Shown here piece by piece: positions 1 to 11,259 of a stretch of 64,000 nucleotides of DNA (within the stretch, counting starts at the first letter, position 1; every line of letters begins with the position of its first letter). The position numbers were made by a program, and so were the translations under genes. The notes below the pieces were generated by a model. It did not search any database, was not told the origin of the DNA, and saw only the letters and a list, made by a program, of their open reading frames with translations. Source of the stretch: Scyliorhinus canicula (lineage: Eukaryota); the NCBI RefSeq assembly GCF_902713615.1, contig NC_052147.1:202089140-202153139 (forward strand). Reading direction: 5' to 3'.

Positions 1-130
1 TCTGACCTTCAACTACACCTTTTTGTCAAAATTCCACCCAATATTGGTAAAAAGAGCTCTTTCCTATGCCTTCGAACAGGAGCTGCCCTGTGTGCGACCA
101 CTCACACCATGGCCGCCACCACACGTCCCA
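1..130 (-). mobile_element. L1-clade LINE 5' end fragment
   Basis: ggagctgcc...gtgcgaccactcacaccatggcc is shared with 8362-8400, which lies upstream of an L1 ORF1. Confidence 0.55.
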
Positions 131-359
131 CTTGCTGTTGTTTCAGGCTGTTGTGGTGGTGCTGACAAGAGGGAGCTGGGCAGCTTCCCAATTGGGACAG
201 GCACTGGATTGTACAGATAACACCTGTCCAAGTGATCTCTAGGACTGGTTCCAATCACTGGCGGGAGGTGTGGGTGTCATGGAGGGGAAGTTTCCATTGA
301 ATTTCTTTCCCTCATGGGCCCTTGGTTTTTCTCTTGTTTTGCCTCTCATAAGAGATTAT

Positions 360-515
360 GGGCGGGATTCCCCCATGTCGTATAGGAGAATTGGCGTTCG
401 CGCCATTTTTTCCGGCAGCACCGTAGGGGGCCAGAATCGGTAGTGCCCGCGCCCATTTCGCGACGGCGTTCATGACGGCGCGAACACTCTGTCTCCATTT
501 CGGAGAATCGTGCCC
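360..515. mobile_element. Short MITE (PIF/Harbinger-like, non-autonomous)
   Basis: Ends gggcgggattcccc / ggagaatcgtgccc; right end similar to the 20400-20472 end. Confidence 0.6.
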
Positions 516-930
516 GTACATATTTGCTGAGGTGGAGGAGGCAAAGTGTTTAGCCAGACTTGTCGGACCAACCCAGGATGTGTCAAGCTTGATTGTTGTC
601 GCAGTTTATCAGACCTTTCATTCATAAAGCAGGGTAGTTTCAGGTAGTATCAAAGTACACATTTAATGTTGCAGATCTTGATGGCAGAAAAGCACAAATC
701 TTGATTAAGGCAGGACCAAAGTATCATTGCAGATCTTTGCAGAAGCAATATATATGTTTTTGATTCAAGTAGCACAGATGTACAAATAGTGAACTGAAAC
801 AGGAAGAAATAATGTATAAAGCTCATGATGAACTTTGAAGTTTAAGCTTTGTGAGACAGGAAGCATAAGCGCCATCATGTGATTCTTAACTTATATATGA
901 CTGGAAGTGATATCGATGGGATTGCATATA

Positions 931-2035
931 CAAAGAACAAAGAAAAGTACAGCACAGGAACAGGCCCATTGGCCTTCCAAGCCTACGCTGACCATGCTGC
1001 CCATCTGAACTAAAATTTTCTACGCTTCCAGGGTCTGTATCCCTCTATTCCCATCCTATTCATGTATTTATCAAGATGCCCCTGAAACGTCACTATTGTC
1101 CCTGCTTCCACCACCTCCTCCAGCAGCGAGTTCCAGGCACCCACTACCCTCTGTGTAAAAAAACTTGCCTCGTACATCTCCTCTAAACCTTGCTCCTCGC
1201 ACCTTAGACCTATGCCTCCTAGTAATTGACCCCTCTACCCTGGAAAAAAGTCTCTGACTATCCACTCTGTCTATGCCTCTCATAGTTTTGTAGACCTCTA
1301 TCAGGTCGCCCCTCAACCTCCTTCGTTCAAGTGAGAACAAACCAAGTTTATTCAACCTCTCCTCATAGCTAATGCTCTCCATACCAGGCAACATCCTGGT
1401 AAATCTCTTCTGCACCCTCTCTAAAGTCTCCACATCCTTCTGGTAGTGTGGCAACCAGAAATGAACACTATACTCAAGTGTGGCCTAACAGGGGCTGGTT
1501 TAGCTCACTGGGCTAAATCGCTGGCTTTTAAAGCAGACCAGCAGCATGGTTCAATTCCCGTACCAGCCTCCCCGGACAGGCGCCGGAATGTGGCGACTAG
1601 GGGCTTTTCACAGTAACTTCATTGAAGCCTACCCGTGACAATAAGCGATTTTCTTTTCATTTCATTTCACTAAGGTTCTATACAGCTGCAACATGACTTG
1701 CCAATTTTTATACTCAATGCCCAGCTAATGAAGGCAAGCTTTCCGTATGCCTTCTTGGCTACCTTCTCCACCTGTGTTGCCCCTTTCAGTGACCTGTGGA
1801 CCTGTACACCTAGATCTCTGACTGTCAATACTCTTGAGGGTTCTACCATTCACTGTATATTCCCTACCTGTATTAGACCTTCCAAAATGCATTGCCTCAC
1901 ATTTGTCCGGATTAAACTCCATCTGCCATCTCTCCGCCCAAGTATCCAGATGATCTAAATCCTGCTGTATCCTCTGACAGTCCTCATCGCTCTCCGCAAT
2001 TCCACCTATCTTTGTGTCGTCTGCAAACTTACTAA
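931..2035 (-). mobile_element. CR1-clade LINE 3' portion, interrupted by a SINE at 1491-1669
   Basis: ORF peptides SKFADDTKIGG and LERVQKRFTRMLPG...LGLFSLERRRLRGDLIEVYK; microsatellite-like tail at 931. Confidence 0.93.
1491..1669 (+). mobile_element. Short tRNA-derived SINE with Rex1-like tail (here called family 2)
   Basis: tRNA-like head (TTTAGCTCACTGG, GGTTCAATTCCC); tail cttttcacagtaac...gtgacaataa(catttt)n; at least five further copies in the window. Confidence 0.88.
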
Positions 2036-2650
2036 TTATGTGGCAGGTGACATTATGCAACCAAAGTAGCACCATCCAATGTTTGCTGTATGTCATGGGT
2101 GTAATCTACAGTCTCTACTTTGGGAAACACCCAAGCCCAGAGACAGACAAATGTTGGCAAATGCCACGTGGAACCCTAGATTTGCATTGAGCACAGCAGG
2201 GGTTTCAGTAACTAAAACAATGCAATTCATATGCAAAGCAATTAGAATGTACATCATGCAAAGTTGAGTAGAGCAATTGCAACGCCCCAGTACCAATCTG
2301 GAGAGACAAACCAATCACTGGGACAGTCTGATTGCTGTACAAGATTTCATTAGTTTCAATCTCATCCTTTTGTACCAATTCAGTCTGCTTTCCTCGTTTT
2401 GGTATGACCCTCCTCCAAGGAATACTACTTGTAGTGGGCATGCTTATTGTTTGCAGATTAAGTTACCTCAAAATTGACGCAAGATTGAAACTAGCTCAAT
2501 AATCCTCTGTGGTAGCGAACACAACCCAGTGTAATCACTATAGGGGCTAGGATTATTTCTACTAAATAACAGACCTAACCAAATATGCACTCGTGATGAC
2601 ATCTCTTCAGTGTGTAGTTTGTCTAGGTTACTTGATTTCTTCAATGATTT

Positions 2651-2986
2651 GGGTAGCACAGTGGTTAGCATAGTTACTTCACTGCTCCAGAGTCCCAGGT
2701 TCGATACCGGCTTGGGTTACTGTCTGTGTGGAGTCTGCACGTTCTCCTGTGTCTGCATGGGTTTCCTCCGGCTGCTCCGGCTTCCTCCCACAGTTCAAGG
2801 ATGTGCAGATTGGGTGGATTGGCCATGCTAAATTGCCCTTAGTGCCCAAAAAAGCTGGGGCAGGGTTACTCGGTTATGGGGATAGGGTGGAGGTGTGGGC
2901 TTGGGTGGAGTGCTCTTTCCTGGGGCCGGTGCAGACTCGATGGGCCGAATGGCCTCCTTCTGCACTGTAAATTCTATGATCTATGA
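2651..2986 (+). mobile_element. HE1-like V-SINE, CR1 tail A
   Basis: A/B-box head, V-domain GGTTTCCTCC..TGCTCCGG..TCCTCCCACAG, tail gggccgaatggcctccttctgcactgtaaattctatgat. Confidence 0.9.
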
Positions 2987-3279
2987 TAGACGTTGTTTTC
3001 TATTACCAATTCTGATTTTTTCATCATGGATTTTTAGAGCTTTCCATTATTTGGTGTGAATAGAAGTACGGGTATTGTTGACTAGATTATAAGGAGATTA
3101 TAATACAAGTGATTTATATTGAAGTTGGAAACTGCATTTTGACCTCAGCATAAATAGTGTTGGGATTGGGTGCAGAGTCCAAACACTATCAAACTCCATA
3201 ATTTATACAGAGAATGCCACACCTTGAATTTTGCACTACCACTTGCCAATGCAAAATAAATGTAAAAATTGTAAATAAC

Positions 3280-3425
3280 CTTTAGTGTCACCAGTAGGCT
3301 TACATTAACACTGCAATGAAGTTACTGTGAAAAGCCTCTGGTCGCCGCATTCCAGCGCCTGTTCAGGTACACAGAGGGAGAATTCAGAATTCCCAGCTGG
3401 TACAGGAATTGAACCCGCGTTGCTG
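3280..3425 (-). mobile_element. SINE with Rex1-like tail, partial
   Basis: Same tail as the 13738 and 49912 copies. Confidence 0.7.
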
Positions 3426-3546
3426 ATTGTTGAGCACTTGTGTTATGTTTACACAAAAGCAACCTGCATTAAATAGCAACTTCAACGGAAAAAATCCCAT
3501 GGTTTTTCAAGGTGTATAATTGGATGAAAATGGATATTGGGTCAAA

Positions 3547-3771
3547 TATTTTTTTAAATATAAATTTGGAGTACCCAATTAATGTTTTCCAATTAAGGGC
3601 CAATTTAGCATGGCCAATCCACCTACCCTGCACATCTTTGGGTTGTGGGGGTGAAACCCACGCAGACACGGGGAGAATGTGCAAACTCCACACGGACCCC
3701 GGGCCGGGATTCGAACCCAGGTCCTCAGAGCCGTAGGCAGCAATGCTAACCACTGTGCCACCGTGCTGCCT
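3547..3771 (-). mobile_element. V-SINE variant with short A-rich tail
   Basis: Near-identical to 61820-62045; tgggtca repeated on both flanks. Confidence 0.88.
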
Positions 3772-5485
3772 ACTACTGGGTCATAGGAGGGGCAATCATA
3801 AACTTGATGTTAAGATATTAAAATAGGGGAGGCTAAGAGATTTAGGGAAGTAATTGTAGAATGTAGAGCATGGAAAACTGAAGGCACTTTAGCTAATGGG
3901 ATAAGGGAAGGACAGAAATCCCAAAACACTATAATTAGAGAAATGACGCCTACTTGGATGGTGTAGGACTGGAGGAGGTTTTGTTGGGTGAAGCAATTGA
4001 ACAGGTAGTCTCAATCATGCTAATTAGCGATAAAGGTGGAGAGGCAACAGGGAAATGGTTTAATGAGACAGTTGATTATGACAGCAAAAAGCCTCGGCCC
4101 AGGAGTAGCAGGCATTTTGTGGTAGAAGAAGGTACGACTCAGTAATGCTTGATGCATCCCTAGGTTTCCACATTAGCAGCTGCACCATCAGCTGCCTCGC
4201 CCTCAGCTTTCATATTTCTATCCTGGAAGAAGTCGATAAATGGTTTCCATCTCTGGGCAAACTCCTTTCACAGACCCTCTCAAAGCGAACTTAATTTTTT
4301 TTCCAGCCTAAGGAATTCTGCAAGGTCACTCACCCACATCCCCAGTTTCGGCAGCTCCAGCCCAACAGGATCCGTCTCTGGGCTACCAGCGAGGTAAAGG
4401 CCAAAACGTCGGCTTCTCTCACCCCCTGGACCCCAGTGTCTCCCAAAATTCCAAAATCTGCCAATTCTGGACTTGGGTCCACCTTCACCCTCAGCACCAT
4501 CACGTCAGCGGACTCCCGCCAAAGTCCCTCCAGATTTGGACAGGCCAGAACATGTGGACATGGTTCGCAGGCCCACCCGCACACCGCCCACACCTATCCA
4601 CCACCCCCTCAAAAAACCTGCTCATTCTGGCCATCGTCATATGCGCCTTGTGGGCGACTTTAAATTGAAAGAGGCTAAGCCTAGTGCACAAAAAGGATGC
4701 ATTCACCCTCCTCGGAGCCTCCTCCCATAACCCAGCCTCCAGCACCCTCCTCAGTTCTTCCTCCCACTTCTGCTTAACTTCTCTTATCGGGGCGCCCTCC
4801 CAGTCCAATAACTCTTTGTAAATCTCCGACACCCTGCCCTCACCAACCCCTGTTTTCGACACCACTTTGTCCTGCAATCCAGGGGGCGGCAGGTCAGGAA
4901 AGGACGGCACCTGTTTCCTCACATAGTCCTGAACCTGTAAGTACCGGAACCCATTCCTGCTGGGCAGCTCATACTCCTCTACCAACCCTGTAGATACGTA
5001 GAGCAACAGGTCGTCCACATATAGAGAGACCCTATGTTCCACCCCTCCCCGCACAATCTCTTTCCAACCCCTTGACGCTCTTAAGCGCCATTGTCAGTGC
5101 CTCCATCACCAAGATAAAGAGTAATGGGAAGAGTAAACTGCCTCGTCCCACGATGCAGACTGAAATACCCTGAACTTACCCGGTTCGTCCTTACACATGC
5201 TGCTGGTGCTTGATACAACAACTGGACCCAATCCACAAACCCCTACCTGAACCCAAACCGCCTCAGTACCTCCCACAAATATTCCCATTCGACCCGATCA
5301 AAGGCCTTCTCCGCGTCCATAGCGATGCCACCTCCACATTCCGTCGTTCCAAGGGCATCATTATAAAACGTTCAACAGATGCCTAACATTGACCGACAAG
5401 ATGCCTGCACACAGTCCTCAATCTGCGAGGCCAAGATCTTTGCCAACAAGTTGGCGTCTACATTCAGCAGTGATATTGGGCAGTA

Positions 5486-6095
5486 GAACGAAGAACAATA
5501 CAGCACAGGAATAGGCCCTTCGGCCTTCCAAGCCTGTACCGGTCATGATAACACTCTTGGCCAAAACCCTCAGCACTTCCTTGTGCCCTATCCCTTTATA
5601 CCCTTCCTATCCATGTGTTTGTTGGGATGCCCTTTGAAAGCCGTTAATGTATCTGCTTTCACAATCTCTCCTGGCAACAAGTTCTAGGCTCTCACCACCC
5701 TCTGCGTAAAAAAACCTGCCTCGCACATCTCCTCTAAACTTTGCCCCACGGACCTTAAACCTATGCCTTCTTTTGACTGACCCCTCCACCCTGTGAAAGG
5801 GTGCCCATCCACTCTATCCGTGCCTGCCATAATCTTGTAGACCTCTATCAGGTCACCCCTCAACCTCCGTCATTCTAACGAAAACAGTCCGAGTCTATTC
5901 AGCCTCTCCGCACAGAAAACACCCTCCAGACCAGGCAATATCCTGGTAAACCTCCTCTGCACCCTCTCCAAAGCCTCCACATTGTCTGGTAGTGTGGCGA
6001 CCAGAATTGTGCACAATATTCCAAGTGCAGCCGTACCAGGTTCTATACAACTGTAGCATGACTTGCCAGTTTTTATACTCGATGCCCCATCCAAT
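5486..6095 (-). mobile_element. CR1 LINE 3' end nested in L1
   Basis: LERVQRRFTRILPGLEG peptide; L1 sequence resumes on both sides. Confidence 0.88.
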
Positions 6096-7198
6096 GTAGG
6101 ACCCACACTGCTCCGGATCCTTGTCCTTCTTCAAGATTAAAGCTAATGAGGCCTGCGATAACGTGTAGGGGAACTCCCACTTCTCCCTTGCCTCATTAAA
6201 TGCCCTTACCGGCAAAGGCCCCCGGTCTCCCAAAAATGTTTTATAGAATTATACCGCAAAACCTTCTGGGCCCTTCCCTCCCCCTCTACCAGGCCATCCT
6301 CTACCTTGGGGAACTGCAGCCTGTCCAGGAATCTCTCTCTCTCTTCCCTTCCACTCCTTCGCATGCGACACTCTCCCCGACCTCCGGCTCAACCAGTCCA
6401 AGCCTGGATCAATGACTGTGTTAAAGTCCCCCCCTCCCCCCCCCCCCCCCCCCTATAATCAACCAGTATGAGTCGGGATCTTCCCCAGCACTCTCCTCAT
6501 GAACTCTACATCACCCAATTTGGGGCATAAACATTTACCAGGACCACCGGCATCCCCTCCAGCTTCGCAATTACCATCACAAACCTTCCCCATGAATTTG
6601 CTACTATATTCCCCACCACAAACGCCACCCCCCGCGTCTTCATGTCCAATCCCGAATGGAAGAATTGGCCTACCCCACCTTTCCTTAACCTTGTCTAATC
6701 CCTGATCTTCAAATGCGTTTCTTATAAAAAGGACACGTCCGCCTTCAAACTCCTCAGGTGCGCGAAAACACGTAACCGTTTAACTGGCCCATTCAGCCCC
6801 CTCACATCCCATGTGGCCAGCCTGGTCGGAGGGCACCCCGCCCCCCTGCCCTACCGATCAACGATATCCCTTCTTAGGCCAGCCTCGGCCCATGCCACAT
6901 GCCCCTCGAGGCCCACCCTCAGATGATCACCATCATCACTCCCTCCCATGCTACGCCACAGCAACAACACATTTGTCAGCAGCCCCCCACCCCCCTTCCC
7001 TTAAACAAAACAACAATCCCATCCCCTCTACTACACTAACCACCCGATCACCCCCCCCACTGCGCTCCCATTAACTAGCACACCCAGCTAGCCTGGTAGC
7101 CCCCACCCAAGGCACCAATGCTTCCTACTTTCCACTGATTTCCCACCCCTTTTAAAAGCTATTAAAAGTCACCTAAAAGCGGTGCCAGGTACAGCAGC

Positions 7199-7530
7199 GG
7201 GGCATCACGGTAGCATAGCGGTTAGCACAGTTGCTTCACAGCACCACGGTCCCAGGTTCAATTCCTGGCTTGGCTCACTGTCTGTGTGGAGTCTGCATGT
7301 TCCCGCCCTGTGTGCGTGGGTTTCCTCCGGCTGCTCCGGCTTCCTCCCACAGTCCAAAAGATGTGCAGGTTAGGTGGATTGCCCATTCTAAATTGCTTAG
7401 TGTCCACAAAAGGTGAGGTGGGGTTATGGGGATAAGGTGGAGGCGTGGGGCTTAGGTAGGGTGCTCTTTCCAAGGCTGGTGCAGACCCGATGGGCTGCAT
7501 GGCCTCCTTCTGCACTGTTAAATCTGTAAA
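7199..7530 (+). mobile_element. HE1-like V-SINE, tail A, nested in L1
   Basis: Full head, V-core and tail. Confidence 0.88.
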
Positions 7531-9044
7531 CATCCCAAATTTCACCCCCTTTTTTAAAGAGCCTTCACCCGGTTAAATCCGGCTCTCCTCTTCGCCAGGT
7601 TCACGCCCAGGTCCTGGTACAGCCGGAGCTCGCTCCCCTCCCAGATGCATCTCCTCGTCTGCCTCGCCCATCTCAATATCTTCTCTTTGTACAGGAACTG
7701 GTGAAGACGCACCACCATCGCCCTCGGTGGCTCGTTCACCTGTGACTTCTTCATCAGTGCCCTGTGCCCGCGCCCAGTCAACCTCCAGGAGCTGGTCAAT
7801 GGCCCTTCTCCCATCAACTTGTCCACCATCTTAGCTATATACGAGCCAGCATCCGCTCCCTCGATGCCTTCAGGCATCCACACGATTCTTAGGGAGTGGT
7901 CTATGGGAGTGGTTTTCCAGATCCTCCACCGTCTCCTTTAACCGCTTCTAGGTCTCTTACATCAGACCTATTTTGGCTGCCAATGAAGCAAGCTGATCCT
8001 CATGCACCCCCGCCGCCTCCTCCACTTTCCGAATAGCCTGACCTTGGGACTGCTGCCTCAACGGTTCCACCGCCTTGACTAGGCCCTCCTGGCCCTACAA
8101 TTCATTTTTAAAATTCCACCAGTTGCTCCGTCAACCATTGGGCAGGCAAGGCAGACCAGACCCTTTACCCACTGCCACCTTGACCTGTGTCGCACGAAAA
8201 TTCTCCTGCTCCAACTGCTCCCTTCTCCTCGCTCCACTTCTAGTCCATGGATCTACCAACCAGCCCCACCAGTGGAGTCAAACCTTTCTCCAATCACCCC
8301 TACACATTTTTTACGCATCCATCCAACAAAAGGGGAAAAGATCCAAAAAATAGCCTCGAGCGGGAGCTGCCAAATGTGCAACCACTCACACCATGGCCAC
8401 AACCGGTGGTCTCCTTTCATATTCCCTCCTAAAGCCACTCCATGGCCTGACCTTTTTCCCTCACAGGCACATGCACTCGGTGAGCCCGAAAGCTGGTCTG
8501 AAATGCACTTATGGCCGCAGTCGGCACCGAAGCATGACTTCACGCTGGTTCATAGCCAGCCAGCATGAAATGTGTGATCTGAAACGCTGAGTGCTGCCAG
8601 GGAGGGCGGTGAAGAGGGTGGCTGCTGAGAGAAGAGAGGGTGCAGGCAGTATCATGCAGAATCAAGCAAGTGACAGCATGATACTTAGACCATCAAAAAT
8701 GTTATTTTATTCCGAACAATTTATCCCTCCCTGGATGAGGAATGGTGAATAAACATGACCACTGCTTGGCTGATGGGCCCATGCGCCAAGCATAAAAGCA
8801 CACAGGTCATGTAAAATTAGGACCAATTGCATGCTTAATGGGTTTAAATACCCTTTCAATTGTCAGCAGGCGAGTCTCCAACTGTCGCACATGCCCACTG
8901 AATGTAATATCGCACGAGTGCACCATGTCACTAAAATCCGTGCCCGTCGTCTCCTCAAGCAATTTCACATGCACTAGGGTGGGAAACAAGTCCGTTCAAG
9001 CTCTGTGAAATTCTGGCCCATCTCTGTACCTCTCCTCCATTAAT

Positions 9045-9303
9045 TAAGTGGTTAGCTGCCTCACAATGCCAGAGGCCTGAGTTCAATTCCAGCCTTGGAT
9101 TGCCTGTGTGGAGTTTGCATTTTCTCCCTGTGTCTGCATGGGTTTCCTCCGGGTGCTCCGGTTTCCTCCCACAGTCCAAAGATGTACAGATTAGGTAGGG
9201 TTATGGGGATAGGACAGGGGAGTGGTGCTCTTTCGGAGGTTTGGTGCAGACTCGATGGGCCAAATGGTCTCGTTCTGCATTGTAGGCGTTCCATGGTTCT
9301 AAT
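9045..9303 (+). mobile_element. Diverged V-SINE
   Basis: V-core and tail A recognisable. Confidence 0.8.
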
Positions 9304-9517
9304 ACATTCCTTAATACCTAACTCTCTGACCAAGCTTTTGATCACCTGTCCTGGTATCGCCTTACGTGACTTGGTGTCAAATCTGGATTGATAAAGCTCC
9401 TGTAAAATCCCTCAGGATACATTAAAGGTACCACACCACAATCAAAGGCGTAAACTAAATAAAAGTTTTTGTTGACATGATCCCGAAAGATTTCATGACG
9501 GATGGCTAAGCCAGTTA

Positions 9518-10520
9518 CATAGAATCATCGATCATAGAATTTACAGTGCAGAAGGAGGCCATTTGGCCCATTGGGTCTGCACCGGCTCTTGGAAAGAGCA
9601 TCCCACTTAAGCCCATGCTTCCACCCTATCCCTGTGACCCAATAACCACACCTAATCTTTTGGACACTAAGGGCTAATTTAGCATGGCCAATCCACCTAA
9701 CCTGCACGGGCAGAATTCTCCGCTCCCCACGTGGCCTGGGAGAATCGTGGGAGGGCCTCCCGACATTTTTTACGCCCCCCTGGCGCCCCCGCGATTCCCC
9801 CTCTTTCCCCCCCCCCCCCCCTTCTCGGAAAAATCGGCGCTCGCCATTTTTCACGGCGAACGGCGATTCTCCGAGCCCGATGGGCCGAGTGGCCGGCCCT
9901 TCACGCCCGTTTCACCACGGCAGCAACCACACCTGGTCGCTGCATTCGTGAAACGGGCGCCGGATGCCCGTTTGGGGCATCCAGGGGCCCGATTGGGATG
10001 GGAGCACCGCGACTGTGCTCCGGACGCACTCTTTCCCCTCCGCTGCCCGGCAAGATCAAGCCGCCACGTCTTGCCGGGCGGCGGTGGAGAAAGACGGCAC
10101 CGCGCATGCGTGGGTTCGCATCGTCTGCACGCTGATGCTATCCACGCATGCGCGGGTTCCTGCGCATGCGCGGATGACATCCGCGAAGCGCCGTTCGGGC
10201 GTCAAGTCCGGCGGCCGAGGTCGCGACCGGGAACGACAGAGGCCCGCTCCTAGCCCCCCGGGTGGGGGTGAATTAGGTGCGGGGAGCAGGCCCCGAGGCC
10301 GTCGTGAACCTCGGCCGAGTTCATGACGGCCTCCACGATTTTGGCCACCAGCGGAGAATTCCACCCCACATCTTTGGACTGTGGGAGGAAACTGGAGCAC
10401 CCGGAGGAAACTTGCGCAGACACGGGGAGACAGTGCAAGGTCCACACAGTCACCCATGTAATGGAATTGAACCTGGGTCCCTGGAGCTGTGAGGCAGCAG
10501 TCCTAACCACCGCGCCACCC
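9518..10520 (-). mobile_element. HE1-like V-SINE split by a MITE
   Basis: The SINE sequence cctgcac/atctttggactgtggg is interrupted by 9708-10366. Confidence 0.88.
9708..10366. mobile_element. CpG-rich MITE (PIF/Harbinger-like)
   Basis: Inverted ends gggcagaattctccg / cggagaattccaccc; 3-bp duplication CAC. Confidence 0.85.
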
Positions 10521-10859
10521 ACATACGCGCCACATTCACGCAATTCTTTGTTTCTTGGGCATGTAGTGAGAATTGGGGACCATACCAAAGAGATTAACCA
10601 GGTTGGAAGAGAGTAATTGTCTTGCTGGGGATTGAAAAATATGAGAGAGCGAGTGGTTAAGCACTTCAATGGCTGCAAAGGCAGGATGGAGAACTAGAGA
10701 ATGAAATGCCGAGGCCATACTCCTAGCATGGATAGCTTTGTGAAGAATATGATGTTACACATCGAATAATTAATTTTACAATGTAAATACTTTATATAAA
10801 TCTGCATTGCCAGGAATTTAACTTCTGTTATGGTAACCTAATGGTTTTATGTGTTTCAG

Positions 10860-11259
10860 TTGAAGCTCTGTACAGAGACACATATCCTGAATATCTTCAG
10901 TACATTTACCTGGTGGCTCCCATATCACTGATGTTGTTGAATCCAATTGGTTTCATCTTCTGTGAAATACAGAAATGGAGGGAAAACATAAACACCCAGC
11001 AAAGCAAACTGAAGACTGTTGCACTGGTACTGTTACAGGTTTTTAAAAACCCAATTGTTTTTATGGTCATTGTTGGAATTTGTGGGAATTTTATCTTTGA
11101 ACAAAAGATTCCGGTGATTATCGGACAATTTCTGGATGGTCTGGCAAGCTCTTTCAGTGGTTCAGCTCTCTTTTATCTTGGACTGACAATGGTGGGGCAG
11201 ATCAAGAAGCTGAAAAAAAATTCATTTGTTGCAATTATTCTCCTGATCACAGCCAAACT
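10860..11259 (+). CDS. GPR155: GPR155 exon, 400 nt (transporter-like domain)
   Basis: tttcAG|TTGAAGCT ... GCCAAACT|GTaagt; [40 protein letters not shown]...ILLITAKL. Confidence 0.97.

Larger units (their letters stand above)
4217..8413 (-). mobile_element. L1-clade LINE, internally deleted, with nested CR1 and SINE
   Basis: ORF1-like PPRAMVVRLHQFLYKEKILRWAR...YQDLG (7554-7883); ORF2 pieces [10 protein letters not shown] and [16 protein letters not shown]; flanked by ctttcatatt at 4207-4216 and 8414-8423. Confidence 0.85.

Noticed and set aside
1491-1570. Genuine tRNA genes
   Set aside because: Every tRNA-like head continues into a SINE body and tail, and the anticodon arms are irregular.
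1-10859. First coding exon or promoter of GPR155
   Set aside because: No ORF resembling the expected N-terminus was found. The CpG-rich patches here are MITEs, so the region is treated as intron.
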